Translations under genes and position numbers: made by a program
Notes under the pieces: generated by a model
The model's input: only the letters and a program-made list of their open reading frames with translations
The model's database searches: none
What the model was told of the DNA's origin: nothing
Assembly: GCA_018433345.1 (NCBI GenBank)
Contig: JAHDRK010000015.1
Location: 1-63,018, forward strand
DNA from: Syntrophobacterales bacterium
Lineage (GTDB): Bacteria; Desulfobacterota; Syntrophia; Syntrophales; UBA2210
Length of the DNA stretch: 63,018 nucleotides
Direction: 5' to 3'
In this document: positions 49,801 through 58,878 of the stretch, piece by piece
How the letters are laid out: the number at the start of each line of letters is the position of its first letter
Numbering within the stretch: position 1 is the first letter of the stretch

Positions 49801-50840
49801 TGGAACGCATACCCGATCATCTCTCCGTACGCTACGCTCTGGTGGGCAAAAAGAAAAGGGAGTTGAAGGCATCCCGCAAAATCGACGACCTGTTGTGGGA
49901 AGATGCCGCCGGCGAAATCGACAGGGATCTCGCGGAGGCCCGCAAAGGACTCGAGCGAGGGCCTCTGACGCACTGGGACATGGAAGAACTGCCGGAATGG
50001 ATTGACTTCCACGAATCCCGTAAGGGTACCCTAAGAGTTCATCCCGCCTTGGTGGAGGAAGGAGAAGAGGTCTTTCTCCGCGTCTTCAGGAACGGGGAGG
50101 AGGCCTCGGCATTGCACGCCCGGGGCGTGCGGCGCCTCTGGGAAGTGCAATTTTCAAAAGATAGAAAATATCTGCTACAGTGCCTGGCCCTCCCCGAAGA
50201 CCTGCGCCGCAGGGTGCCCTGGAGCGGAGGATCCCAAAAGTTTGAATCCCTTTTGGGGAAACTTGCCGAGGAACGGCTCATTGGCGGGGCGATTCGAAGC
50301 AGGAAAGCTTTCCTGCGCTGCGCATCCGAGGCGCGGCCACGCATTTACGAAACGGCACGTGAAGTCATGGGATTCGTCGAACCCGTTCTCAGGCTTTACA
50401 TGGAAGCACGTCGAACTTTCGCCGATCTGAAAGGCGACGTTGGAGCCAACAGGGGCATGGCGTCCTTCATAGACTCCCTGTCTGATCACCTGGAACAGCT
50501 GGTCCCCCCGGACTTTCCCATCCTTTTCGATGAGGAGCGTCTCGCAAGAATTGCAGTGTACCTCAGGGGTATTTTAATTCGGTGCGAGCGTGGGCTACAC
50601 CACCTGGACAAAGACCGTTCCAAGGCGGGAAAAGTTCTTCCATTCACCGAGGCACTTGAGAGGCTGCGCGCCACATTACCCGCCTTTTCGTCAATGGAAA
50701 AGCGCTACGCCCTGGACGAATTCGCATTGATGATAGAGGAATTCCGGTTGTCCGTCTTTGCACCGGAGCTTAAGACCGCCTTTCCCATTTCTTCTAAGCG
50801 CCTGAAAGAGAAACTTGCTGAAATAGAAGGCATGGTCTGA
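46899..50840 (+). CDS. hrpA: ATP-dependent RNA helicase HrpA (DEAH-box)
   Basis: 1313 aa. GETGSGKTTQLP, DEAHERS, SATID, TNVAETSITV and QRAGRAGR. Confidence 0.95.
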   Translation: MNKKMKDFRRRLEELLPEDRIKLQKSLINLGMENKKGADPRQINDRSAVLEKRFLRAEERKKRRINERPRVTYPGDLPILERKEAIIEGLRRNQVLVVTGETGSGKTTQLPKMCLEAGRGINGVIGCTQPRRIAAISIANRVAEELGEEAGHSVGYKIRFEDRTSRRGYIKFMTDGILLMEAQSDPSLRSYDTLIVDEAHERSINIDFILGYLKRLMAWRRDLKVIITSATIDSEKFSRVFDNAPVIKVSGRTWPVEIHYRPSETAIDDDNFPNHIEAAVAAVKELKKDWHGGHTLIFMPTEQDIRDTCEILKGCNFSNTVILPLYARLSEAGQKKIFQPLRMDKIIVATNVAETSITVPGIRFVIDSGLARISEYRPQTRTTGLPVKAIAKSSAAQRAGRAGRLEKGLCIRLYSGEDYEGRPDFTPPEILRTNLAEVILRMLHLNIGDIASFPFIDKPRPKSIRDGYDILLELGAVRPGKTGYRLTEQGRRMASLPLDPRIARILLEARKNRCLREILVIAAALSIQDPRERPSEKEREADRAHKTFVNPSSDFITLINIWDAFHRSYRGSSESVRRAFCREHFLSLRRIREWKSVHDELEGILQDSGLMPNDTYGEPLRGEALYEAVHKCILAGYISQIAVKKDKNLYRFAKGGEAMVFPGSGLFNGDASWIVSAEMIETSRVFARMNGKIKSDWLEEVGGSSCVRSWCEPRWDTDRGEVVATEQVSLFGLVIVQGRTISYGHVKPDEAAEIFIREAILGEKLFPAPPFLKHNHELIDRILTMENKIRKRTILVDEEDLVLFYRERLGTVYDSRTLRSMLRDKNFDESLRMKEKDIRRWFPEEDLLDYPDEVSLGGARFSLTYRFNPGSNDDGITLNIPPHLLKAAAAESPDWKIPGLLREKVQALIKALPKEYRRRLIPIGRAVDIAVEELGERKDKNDASILKTLSSVLQKRFGVCVPAMAWPVERIPDHLSVRYALVGKKKRELKASRKIDDLLWEDAAGEIDRDLAEARKGLERGPLTHWDMEELPEWIDFHESRKGTLRVHPALVEEGEEVFLRVFRNGEEASALHARGVRRLWEVQFSKDRKYLLQCLALPEDLRRRVPWSGGSQKFESLLGKLAEERLIGGAIRSRKAFLRCASEARPRIYETAREVMGFVEPVLRLYMEARRTFADLKGDVGANRGMASFIDSLSDHLEQLVPPDFPILFDEERLARIAVYLRGILIRCERGLHHLDKDRSKAGKVLPFTEALERLRATLPAFSSMEKRYALDEFALMIEEFRLSVFAPELKTAFPISSKRLKEKLAEIEGMV

Positions 50841-50876
50841 AACGGCCGGCCGAATCACATCAAGTAATCGGCAATA

Positions 50877-51410
50877 TCACTTAGTCTCGCCCTCCCTGTC
50901 CGGAACCATCCCCACAAGTCTCCACGCCAGTTTCACAAGGAGGTACCCGCCAAAGGCGGCCGCAAATCCCATCGTAACGCCGCCTACGACGAGATAAAAA
51001 CTGTTCGTGAAATAAATGGCCATTTGTCCTCCGAAGCCGTGAATCTTGAGATAGTCGGGAAGGCAACCCACAAGCCACCGGCCCAGCTTGAAAGCAAAGG
51101 TATAGATGGGAACGGCCGTCACGGGGTTAGTCACCCAGCAAGCAGCAAGGGCCATCGGCAAGTTTACCCTGAACCAGATGGCCAAGAGGGCACAAATCAG
51201 CATTTGAATGGAAATAGTTGGAGTGAAAGCGACGAATAGCCCGACGGCCAGTCCCCCCGACAGCGAACGTTCGCTTATGTGCCAGATTTCATGCTTAAAT
51301 ATTCTATCGCCAAGCAGCCTGTGAATGAATTCGCCTCGAAGCCAGTCCCGATTGTCGAGAAAGCCGTATATACGTGCCTTCATGCGCAACACAAGCTTCC
51401 GGAGGATCAC
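50877..51410 (-). CDS. DUF2062-family membrane protein
   Basis: GLAVGLFVAFTPTISIQMLICALLAIWFRVNLPMALAACWVTNPVT is typical of DUF2062. The start is uncertain (alternative Met11). Confidence 0.75.
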   Translation of the reverse strand: MILRKLVLRMKARIYGFLDNRDWLRGEFIHRLLGDRIFKHEIWHISERSLSGGLAVGLFVAFTPTISIQMLICALLAIWFRVNLPMALAACWVTNPVTAVPIYTFAFKLGRWLVGCLPDYLKIHGFGGQMAIYFTNSFYLVVGGVTMGFAAAFGGYLLVKLAWRLVGMVPDREGETK

Positions 51411-51438
51411 TGATGAATCCTCATCTTTAAATCCTCCA

Positions 51439-51858
51439 TCACTTTACAAGCATCACCGGACACTTTGACAAAAGCGCCACCTTGTAGCTGATGGTCCCCC
51501 AACTGCTCAAGGGCTGTGCCGGGTCCACCACGTGGGAGGTCATGATGATAAGACCCACCTCCCGTTGCTCCGCGTAGTCAAGAATCTCTCTGCTCCTGTT
51601 TCCGAATATGATTTTTTCGTATATTGCCGCCTGGGTGGAGACACATGACGCCAAAAGTTTTTTCATCTCCTTTTCGGCCTTGCGCTCAAGCTTTTCATAA
51701 AAATCCTTCAACTCGGAAAAATCCGTGTCCACCAGGGTCTCGATAACGTGAAGGAGGTGTATTTCTCCATCGTAGTGGCCGGCTATATCTGTTGCCACGA
51801 TCACGGACCTTTTGCACTTTTCAGAGAAATCAACCGGTACAAGCACCCTCCTGAACAT
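51439..51858 (-). CDS. Universal stress protein (UspA family)
   Basis: RVLVPVDFSE.., IHLLHVIE and GLIIMTSH. Confidence 0.85.
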   Translation of the reverse strand: MFRRVLVPVDFSEKCKRSVIVATDIAGHYDGEIHLLHVIETLVDTDFSELKDFYEKLERKAEKEMKKLLASCVSTQAAIYEKIIFGNRSREILDYAEQREVGLIIMTSHVVDPAQPLSSWGTISYKVALLSKCPVMLVK

Positions 51859-51984
51859 TGCTCCCTCCTCTCCAAACGCGCTCTTAAACGATAAACGATG
51901 TCGTCGATAACGTACTACACGCTTTTGCGGCGGTCAATTGATAGTGCCATTTAAAATCGAGCCGATCTAAACAAGCGGGGGCTA

Positions 51985-52659
51985 TTAACCTTTTTCCGCC
52001 TCTTTCACCTCCTTGTCCCTCAGGGTCCGCACAAGTCGACAAATCGGCCCAGGCAGCTCTCCCACCGGCTTTCCGGTGGAAAGTGCCAGGCAGTATGTCT
52101 GCGCCGCCTTCTCCAGGAGCTCGGCGGCCAGCAGGGCCTTGTCCATGCTCTTGCCGAGCGCTATGATCCCATGGTTCTGTATTATGTAGGCATTTGCATT
52201 GTTGGCAAGCCTGTTTGCCACGTTGTCGGCCAGTTCGGCGCTGCCGGACATAGCGTAGGGCACGACCTCCACCGACTCCCCGAGAACCAGTGCGATCTCG
52301 TCAAAGAGAGGAGGGATGGGGATGTTCAGCAGGGCAAAAACACTGCCGTAAGCCTGATGGGTGTGCACCACGGCATTGACATCGGAGCGCTCCCGGTAGA
52401 CGGCCGCATGCATCCCCGATTCCATCGACGGAACACGGCTTCCTTCGATCAATTTTCCCGACAGGTCCACAATACAGATATCTTCCGAGCCGATCTCATT
52501 GTATTTCACCGACGAGGGCGTAACGGCCATGAGGTTTTTACCATGGATCCTAACAGACACATTGCCCCCCGTCCCTCTCGTGGAACCGAAATAACCATGT
52601 TTCCACAACCAAAGACTTGCTTCGAGGACTTCCCTTTGATACGTGCCGTAGCTATCCAC
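51985..52659 (-). CDS. Class II aldolase/adducin-family protein (FucA / MtnB-like)
   Basis: GTGGNVSVR, SMESGMHAAVY and VVHTHQAYG (metal His cluster). 224 aa. Confidence 0.85.
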   Translation of the reverse strand: MDSYGTYQREVLEASLWLWKHGYFGSTRGTGGNVSVRIHGKNLMAVTPSSVKYNEIGSEDICIVDLSGKLIEGSRVPSMESGMHAAVYRERSDVNAVVHTHQAYGSVFALLNIPIPPLFDEIALVLGESVEVVPYAMSGSAELADNVANRLANNANAYIIQNHGIIALGKSMDKALLAAELLEKAAQTYCLALSTGKPVGELPGPICRLVRTLRDKEVKEAEKG

Positions 52660-52833
52660 TAGGGTTTATTTCCTCCCTTCTCGTTCGAAGATTCAAAAAA
52701 TAGATGCGGGTGATTACCCGTTCCTATTTTCGGCGTACTATCATTTACTGAAGGTCAAGTCCAGGGGAGAGGGAGGTCCCTTCCGGTTTTTACAATTATT
52801 GTCGCCTGAGAACTAAAATATGATACACAATGC

Positions 52834-52859
52834 AAAAAAGACCTGCGGGGAAGCAGGCC
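52834..52859 (-). terminator. Rho-independent terminator downstream of tRNA-Met
   Basis: The minus strand reads GGCCTGC-ttcccc-GCAGGTC-TTTTTT, 17 nt after the tRNA 3' end. Confidence 0.65.
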
Positions 52860-52875
52860 TTTTAAAAATATCACT

Positions 52876-52952
52876 TGGTGGCGGTGCAGGGACTTGAACC
52901 CCGGACACTACGGATATGAGCCGTATGCTCTAACCAGCTGAGCTACACCGCC
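52876..52952 (-). tRNA. tRNA with CAU anticodon (elongator Met, or Ile2 if lysidine-modified), CCA encoded
   Basis: The reverse complement reads GGCGGUG UA GCUCAGCUGGUUAGAGC A UACGG-CU CAU AU-CCGUA GUGUC CGGGGUUCAAGUCCCUG CACCGCC ACCA. The G1-C72 pair argues against an initiator. Confidence 0.92.
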
Positions 52953-53004
52953 TCTCTTTCGAACTTCGATTGATTACATCATAATCCAGTCCCTGTCAAG
53001 CTCG

Positions 53005-54723
53005 TTAAATGTTCAAATCATAGGCCACTATTACGCTCTGGGCCGTGGAAAGTACCAGCGCCATCACGATTTGTTTCCGACCGTCATTGTTCATATCCTT
53101 GAAATGATAGTCTGTAACGTAGCCCTGTATGGTTCGTGTTTTCCATTTCTCCATGAGGCCCATTCCATCCCATTCGAAACCATACAGCTCGGCGCGGTTG
53201 AATACCTTCACGTTTCGGAGTAACCGTCCCACGGGAGACAAATTATTGACCAGGATGACTTCCTCTTTACCGTTACCAATCAAATCATGCGTAAGAATCC
53301 TCACGTTTGCGTAAACATTGTCCATTGTGGCATCACGGGTATCGTCGCCGCCCGACCCCACCGGTACGAAGGGAATGAGATTATCACTTCCTCCATAGGA
53401 TTCGTTGCTCCGCCAAAGAAGCTCGGTTCCTCCTCTGCCGAGCACATGAATCTGATGAAGCGGCTTCGATGTTTTCTGGTAAACATTAAGATGGTCATAT
53501 TCATCGAGGGCGATGACACGCTCCGTCAGCCCGCCGTCGAGACTTGCGAGGGTCACGCTGAATACCGCAAGACCCTGGGGTATCGGCATGCGGCGACTTT
53601 CTCTGTACTCGTCTCCTTCCCCCACTATCTCGTAAATGGGATTCTCAAAAGGCTTGGTCATCCCCAGCCGCTGCCCAAGGAGGCAGGGACCGTCGGATGT
53701 TTCAATCACCCTCAGAAGCCACCTGAGATCCTCTGCTATGACATTGTATTCTCCGTCACGATATTCCATAATGAAGGAATTGACTCTGTCGAGCCTCATG
53801 TTGGTCACAATGATTTCCGGCGTTCCGTTCCTGTTTATATCGGCCACGTCGACCGTAATATGGGTGTCGTAGGAACGTCCCGAGATGGTTTTTTTCAGGA
53901 CAAAACCCTTGTTGTCTTCTACCCGATATATATAGATATTATTTTTATCTATAACCACTACCTCGTTGCCGCCATCCCCGTTTACATCCCCCACGTCCAT
54001 TCCCACAAATTTCCGGGGGTACCTGGGGCTCATGAAAAAACCCTCCCTGTCGAGTATGTCGGGCGTCATTATAAAAGAGGGATTGATTACAGAGGTTAGC
54101 GTCCCCCTTTCAGAGCGCAGCACTTCAGTTGGTTCGCCTATCCTGGCCTTTTCTTCCTCCGGTTCCCGCTGTTCCACCGGCCGGGGAGAGGTAACGGGAG
54201 GCGTCGCCGGCCGAGGCGTTGTGGAAGCAACGGCCGCTTCCTCGCCCTTGACGTATGCGCTAACCTTCCTGGCGAAATCGTTTATTTTCGGGATGACGTC
54301 ATCCATACCACGCGTCTGTTCGTAGACACTTATAGGCGTTTGAGAAGCGGAGATATCGAACAGCCTTCCGTCAAGACTTACACTGCTCCCGATCTTGGTG
54401 ATACTTCCCCAAACAACATAATCGAGATCGAGACGGCGTCCAACTTCGTAAACATCTGCAGCCGTCATCTCTTCCTTTCCACGCCCTTGGAGTACGGCTT
54501 CGATAGCGGCCTTGTCGGCGACGGTAACCCCTCCGGCTGACGATAAGCGCGAAATGAGCATGTCCCATACGCCGTTTCTTATGTAGTCGAGGTTTTCCGA
54601 ACTGTGAATCGTAAAGGGCAGCACCCCCAGTTTCTTGATCTCGGCGGGTTCCTCCGCCCGAAGCATTGTGGTCACGACAATCGACAATAACAGAACAAAA
54701 GAAATAACGTATTTTCTCATCAA
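53005..54723 (-). CDS. Secreted FG-GAP/VCBS-repeat protein with an LpoB/CsgG-like N-terminal domain
   Basis: Signal peptide MMRKYVISFVLLLSIVVTTMLRA. N-domain LGVLPF..VADKAAIEAVL..LDLDYVVWGSITKIG, then a Pro-rich linker. FG-GAP Ca-loop-like repeats follow (VGDVNGDGGNEVVV, VADINRNGTPEIIV, DLIGNGKEEVILV, FKDMNNDGRKQIVM). Confidence 0.8.
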   Translation of the reverse strand: MMRKYVISFVLLLSIVVTTMLRAEEPAEIKKLGVLPFTIHSSENLDYIRNGVWDMLISRLSSAGGVTVADKAAIEAVLQGRGKEEMTAADVYEVGRRLDLDYVVWGSITKIGSSVSLDGRLFDISASQTPISVYEQTRGMDDVIPKINDFARKVSAYVKGEEAAVASTTPRPATPPVTSPRPVEQREPEEEKARIGEPTEVLRSERGTLTSVINPSFIMTPDILDREGFFMSPRYPRKFVGMDVGDVNGDGGNEVVVIDKNNIYIYRVEDNKGFVLKKTISGRSYDTHITVDVADINRNGTPEIIVTNMRLDRVNSFIMEYRDGEYNVIAEDLRWLLRVIETSDGPCLLGQRLGMTKPFENPIYEIVGEGDEYRESRRMPIPQGLAVFSVTLASLDGGLTERVIALDEYDHLNVYQKTSKPLHQIHVLGRGGTELLWRSNESYGGSDNLIPFVPVGSGGDDTRDATMDNVYANVRILTHDLIGNGKEEVILVNNLSPVGRLLRNVKVFNRAELYGFEWDGMGLMEKWKTRTIQGYVTDYHFKDMNNDGRKQIVMALVLSTAQSVIVAYDLNI

Positions 54724-54853
54724 GGCTCTCCTTGGCGGTAAACTCCGTTTTAAATCAGGGGCTGCGCTCCTAATGTTGGTTGTTACATTGTTATCTTACA
54801 CCAAATGGGGTATGCAACCGAATGGCGTCAACGCCAAGCGGAACTGAACATCC

Positions 54854-55540
54854 TTAATCCTGATGGTCTCCATTATATAAAATATTTTCCACGTCAGAAA
54901 AATCATCGTAGTAATAGCATTCCTTTTCTGTACCGGAAAACCTCTCGTACAAAAGGCCTTTGCCGAAAATCACGTCTGCCTCTCCAGCCGGACAAAAATC
55001 CGAATGGCCGTCGCCCACATAAACAATCCGGGCGTACGACCTCCTGTGCTTCTTAAGAGTTGAAAGTTTACAGTTACCACATTTGCCGCAGTTTTTACTG
55101 CTGTATGGAAATTCAATGGAGAGAGATCCATCATCACCGAATACCACTTTGTTGGCATAATACCTTATACCGACAAGATCGCACCGCGAAAGCATCGCCT
55201 CTATGTAAACATCGAGACCATCGGACAAGATGATTAAATCATGACCGCTATTGAAGGAACGTCGATAAAAAGATTCAAAATGGGGATCGATTCCTCCATA
55301 GCATAGAACGTATTCTATAATTTCCCGACGTGTCGCCCGGAGAGTGGGGGCCACTTTTTGGTATGCTTCGCGGGAACCGATAAAACCCTTTTTATAATCG
55401 TTGTCTATACGTTCCCATTCATTTCGCATCGAAAAACGTTCTAAAATACTATATCCCATGTCACGGGGACTGAGTGTTCCATCAAAATCACAAACCACGA
55501 GCGTCTTTTCGTCGTCCCATTTCGATATAACTTCCATCAC
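54854..55540 (-). CDS. HAD-IB phosphatase, MtnX-like (2-hydroxy-3-keto-5-methylthiopentenyl-1-phosphate phosphatase family)
   Basis: HAD motif I VVCDFDGTL, motif IV YVGDGHSDFCPA, and a Cys cluster NCGKCGNCK as in MtnX-type enzymes. Confidence 0.75.
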   Translation of the reverse strand: MMEVISKWDDEKTLVVCDFDGTLSPRDMGYSILERFSMRNEWERIDNDYKKGFIGSREAYQKVAPTLRATRREIIEYVLCYGGIDPHFESFYRRSFNSGHDLIILSDGLDVYIEAMLSRCDLVGIRYYANKVVFGDDGSLSIEFPYSSKNCGKCGNCKLSTLKKHRRSYARIVYVGDGHSDFCPAGEADVIFGKGLLYERFSGTEKECYYYDDFSDVENILYNGDHQD

Positions 55541-55872
55541 TTTGAAAAATTCCTTCGGCGGTTCTTAATGTATCCCACGAGAAGATATATCCCCCCTATA
55601 ATGAAAAGAGCCGGTATTATATAAGAGGCTGCTTGCTGAAACTGCTCGCCGTAATTTCGGACGGCGAAAAAAACGAGGCCTGCCGCCCCGATAAACCAGC
55701 CGCTCCAATCCCGCACCCTGTGGACAAGAATGGCAACAGACATTACGATGAGCAACAGGGGCCAACTCCTGGAAAACTCGTACCTGCCGACAGTGTCAAG
55801 TATGATTAGAACTCCCAGGGTGATCAGCACAAGACCACCCACAAACTTACCCTTCCCTTCCCGCGATGCCAA
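55537..55872 (-). CDS. Small integral membrane protein (LiaF/DUF5668-like TM region)
   Basis: 111 aa with four hydrophobic segments (GGLVLITLGVLIILD..). ATGA overlap with the HAD gene. Confidence 0.65.
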   Translation of the reverse strand: MASREGKGKFVGGLVLITLGVLIILDTVGRYEFSRSWPLLLIVMSVAILVHRVRDWSGWFIGAAGLVFFAVRNYGEQFQQAASYIIPALFIIGGIYLLVGYIKNRRRNFSK

Positions 55873-55928
55873 ACAGTCTCTCCTTAAATTTACATGGATT
55901 GCACGAACCCCCGGACAGACCGGAATTA

Positions 55929-56681
55929 TTATTTACCCTCGCTTCCCTTCAGAAACGGTTGAAACAAGTCAATCGGTATTGGAAATAGAGTGGTGGAATT
56001 ATTTTCAGCCGCCACCGCCGTAAGCGTTTGCAAATAGCGAAGCTGCAATGCGATGGGTTCCTTCGCGATAACCATGCCCGCCTCGCTCAACTTCTTGGCG
56101 GCCTGGTATTCCCCCTCCGCCGATATGACCTTTGCCCGACGCTCACGCTCCGCCTCGGCCTGCTTTGCCATAGCCCGCTTCATCATTTCCGGCAAGTCGA
56201 TGTGCTTGACCTCCACGTTGCTGACCTTAATGCCCCAGGCGTCGGTACTCCTGTCAAGTATCTGTTGAAGCTGCTCGTTTATTTTTTCTCGTTCCGAGAG
56301 CAGCTCATCCAACTCAGCTTCGCCGCACACGCTCCTCAACGTAGTTTGTGCGAGCTGGGAGGTGGCATAAAGATAATTTTCGACTTCGATCACCGCGTCG
56401 TTGGCGTTCAAAACCCGGAAATAGACAACGGCATTGACACTTATGGACACATTGTCCCTGGTTATTACGTCCTGGGGCGGCACGTCCATGGTGATGGTCC
56501 TCATATCGACCTTGACAAGCCGATCGATTATGGGAATGAGGATTATCAGGCCGGGGCCTTTAGTGGCTATTACGCGACCGAGCCTGAATACGACCCCCCG
56601 TTCGTATTCGTTGAGCACCCTGATGGCTGCCGCCAGAAAAAGCAAAATAAGTATTACTATGGTTGCCACGGTATACAACAT
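55929..56681 (-). CDS. SPFH/Band-7 (stomatin-like) protein
   Basis: ATG at 56681 with AAAGGAG upstream. N-terminal TM helix, then [35 protein letters not shown] and a C-terminal coiled coil. Confidence 0.92.
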   Translation of the reverse strand: MLYTVATIVILILLFLAAAIRVLNEYERGVVFRLGRVIATKGPGLIILIPIIDRLVKVDMRTITMDVPPQDVITRDNVSISVNAVVYFRVLNANDAVIEVENYLYATSQLAQTTLRSVCGEAELDELLSEREKINEQLQQILDRSTDAWGIKVSNVEVKHIDLPEMMKRAMAKQAEAERERRAKVISAEGEYQAAKKLSEAGMVIAKEPIALQLRYLQTLTAVAAENNSTTLFPIPIDLFQPFLKGSEGK

Positions 56682-56772
56682 AATTCGCACTCCTTTCGAT
56701 ATTCCTTTCCCCGAAAAAACATTGCGCTTGTTAAGTACCATGACCGCTTGGACATAACGCAAAACCTCTCTT

Positions 56773-58089
56773 TTACGAGTCCAGCGGTTCCACCTCCAGC
56801 GTCAGGCCATTGACACCGACCACGCGCACCGGCGCCCCCTCCTCTATATCACTTGAACTCACGGCATTCCAATAGGTACTGAGGGCAAACACCCTGCCGC
56901 CCTTCGGATTGACGGGCGTGACGGCGCGGCCCGTGGCCCCTACAAGGCCTTCAGTTCCCGTAGCGGGTTTCCTGCCGTGGGCCCTCACTGCAAGGGCAAT
57001 GACGGCGAGAAAGAAAGCGCTTATAAGAACCACTGCGGGAATCATGACCTTAAGTGAAACCTTCAGCGCCGGATCGGGTGAATCAAAGAGCAGCAGCGAT
57101 CCCAGTGCGAGAGAAACAATGCCTGCCACAGACAGCATGCCGTAACTTACAACCAGAATCTCGGCCACAAAGAGTATTACCGCGAATATTATCAACAGAA
57201 TCCCCGCGTAGTTCACCGGCAAGGTCTGCATGGCGAAAAAGGCCAACAGAAGTGAAATGGCTCCCACCACGCCCGGCAGAATCGCGCCGGGATTTGAAAA
57301 CTCAAAATACAGACCGGCCAATCCGATTAGAAGAAGTAAATAGGCTATATTTGGATTGGTGATAATTGTCAATATCTTGTCGCGCACCCCCATGGATTTT
57401 TCGTTGATCACGGCGCCTGCCGTTGCCATGGTTACCGTCCCATGAGGAAGCTCCACTTCCTTGCCATCGATCTTGCGCAAAAGATCCTGCAAGTTCTCGG
57501 CCACCAAATCTATCACGTTTTTCTCAAGAGCCTCATCGGCCGTTATGGAAACACTTTCTCGAACGGCGGCTTCCGCCCATTCCTTGTTCCTCCCCCTCCT
57601 TTCGGCGATCCCCACGGTATAGGCTACGGCATCGCTCACCACTTTTTGCTTCATGGTCTCGTCCATTTGCCCTCCTAGGCCCATGGCCACCGGATGGGCG
57701 GCGCCTATATTGGTTCCCGGGGCCATGGCCGCCACGTGAGCAGCCATGGTAATCATGACACCCGCCGAAGCCGCTCGTGCTCCCGGGGGCGAAACATATA
57801 CGATAACAGGCAGGGGGGCGTTGAGTATGGCCTTCACGATGTCTCGCATCGCCGTATCCAAGCCGCCGGGTGTATCAAGCCGAATCACGAGACCCGCAGA
57901 CCCGTCCGCAAACGATTCTTCGATGCTCTTTGCGATGTAGTCGGCCACCGCCGGCGTTATGGCGGCATCAACGGTGATGACATCGAATATCGCTCCACCG
58001 GTCTCCTCCGCACCGGAAACAGGGACGCACAGGAACAACGCCGCTACGAAAACCGCGAAAACCGATTTTTTTATGTGCCGTCTCGCCAT
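56773..58089 (-). CDS. NfeD-family membrane-bound ClpP-class serine protease
   Basis: 438 aa. Signal peptide, ClpP-like domain ([19 protein letters not shown]), four TM helices and a C-terminal NfeD OB-like domain. It lies upstream of the SPFH gene, the classic pairing. Confidence 0.9.
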   Translation of the reverse strand: MARRHIKKSVFAVFVAALFLCVPVSGAEETGGAIFDVITVDAAITPAVADYIAKSIEESFADGSAGLVIRLDTPGGLDTAMRDIVKAILNAPLPVIVYVSPPGARAASAGVMITMAAHVAAMAPGTNIGAAHPVAMGLGGQMDETMKQKVVSDAVAYTVGIAERRGRNKEWAEAAVRESVSITADEALEKNVIDLVAENLQDLLRKIDGKEVELPHGTVTMATAGAVINEKSMGVRDKILTIITNPNIAYLLLLIGLAGLYFEFSNPGAILPGVVGAISLLLAFFAMQTLPVNYAGILLIIFAVILFVAEILVVSYGMLSVAGIVSLALGSLLLFDSPDPALKVSLKVMIPAVVLISAFFLAVIALAVRAHGRKPATGTEGLVGATGRAVTPVNPKGGRVFALSTYWNAVSSSDIEEGAPVRVVGVNGLTLEVEPLDS

Positions 58090-58128
58090 AAGTCTCTCAG
58101 CCCTTCCTTCGATTGCGGCCTGCTTATA

Positions 58129-58878
58129 TCATTCCTTCGACCACGAATCTTCCCCTTTGATTTTTGCCATTACCCTCTTCATGTCTTCCCATACCACCTT
58201 CTTCGCGCCGGCGTTCCGGAGCAGATATGCCGGATGGTAGGTGGGCATCAAGGGGATACCCTCGTAAACATGAAAAGTTCCTCTCATTACAGTGATGGGA
58301 GCGTTTTTTTTAAGAAGCGTGCTTGCCGCGTAGGCTCCCAGGGCACAAATGACTTTCGGCTTTATGGCTCTGAGCTGATCCCGCAAAAAAGGCTCACAGG
58401 CATCGATTTCCGCAGGAAGGGGATTACGGTTTCCCGGAGGCCTGCACTTGAGGATGTTGCAGATATACACATCCTCTCGTTTCATTCCCATGGCTTCTAT
58501 TATACGGGTCAACAATGCCCCGGCCCTGCCCACGAATGGACGTCCTTGCCTGTCCTCATCCCCGCCGGGGGCTTCCCCCACGAATACCAGGGCCGCCCGC
58601 GGGTTTCCCTCGCCGAAGACGATGTTGTTCCGACTCTTGTAAAGATCGCATCTCCGACAATCACCAAGGTTCTCTCGAACGGCCTCGAGGGAATATCGCT
58701 CTTCCATAAAGCAGCCTGGATCAACAGGCATCTCAGCGCCTTTCACTGACAAGGCCGGACCCGAAGAACTTCCCTCCTTTACAACTTCCAAAAGACGCCG
58801 TTTCATTGAACGAATCAACAGAAGCAACTCTTCTTTTTCATCGACCAACCCCGCTTTATCGCCGCTATCGATAGTCAT
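58129..58878 (-). CDS. Family 4 uracil-DNA glycosylase
   Basis: CRRCDL (Fe-S Cys), GEGNPRAALVFVGEAPGGDED and HPAYLLR. ATGA overlap with coaBC. Confidence 0.9.
   Translation of the reverse strand: MTIDSGDKAGLVDEKEELLLLIRSMKRRLLEVVKEGSSSGPALSVKGAEMPVDPGCFMEERYSLEAVRENLGDCRRCDLYKSRNNIVFGEGNPRAALVFVGEAPGGDEDRQGRPFVGRAGALLTRIIEAMGMKREDVYICNILKCRPPGNRNPLPAEIDACEPFLRDQLRAIKPKVICALGAYAASTLLKKNAPITVMRGTFHVYEGIPLMPTYHPAYLLRNAGAKKVVWEDMKRVMAKIKGEDSWSKE

Noticed and set aside
52876-52952. The possibility that the CAU-anticodon tRNA is the initiator tRNA-fMet.
   Set aside because: It has a paired G1-C72 and lacks the three consecutive G-C pairs in the anticodon stem that mark bacterial initiators. It is an elongator Met or a lysidine-modified Ile2, which cannot be separated by eye.
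57694-58749. Very long antisense ORFs. These are 351 aa at 57694-58749 (spanning the nfeD-udg junction), 331 aa at 22257-23252, 303 aa at 12806-13717, 287 aa at 11158-12021, 270 aa at 53287-54099, 261 aa at 56028-56813, 240 aa at 1994-2716, 225 aa at 39971-40648 and 218 aa at 38775-39431.
   Set aside because: Each lies opposite a gene with unmistakable homology motifs. Their translations are Arg/Gly/His-rich, low-complexity and motif-free. Long stop-free antisense frames are an expected by-product of codon bias. Their abundance is notable, but I see no independent coding evidence such as an RBS or recognisable domains.
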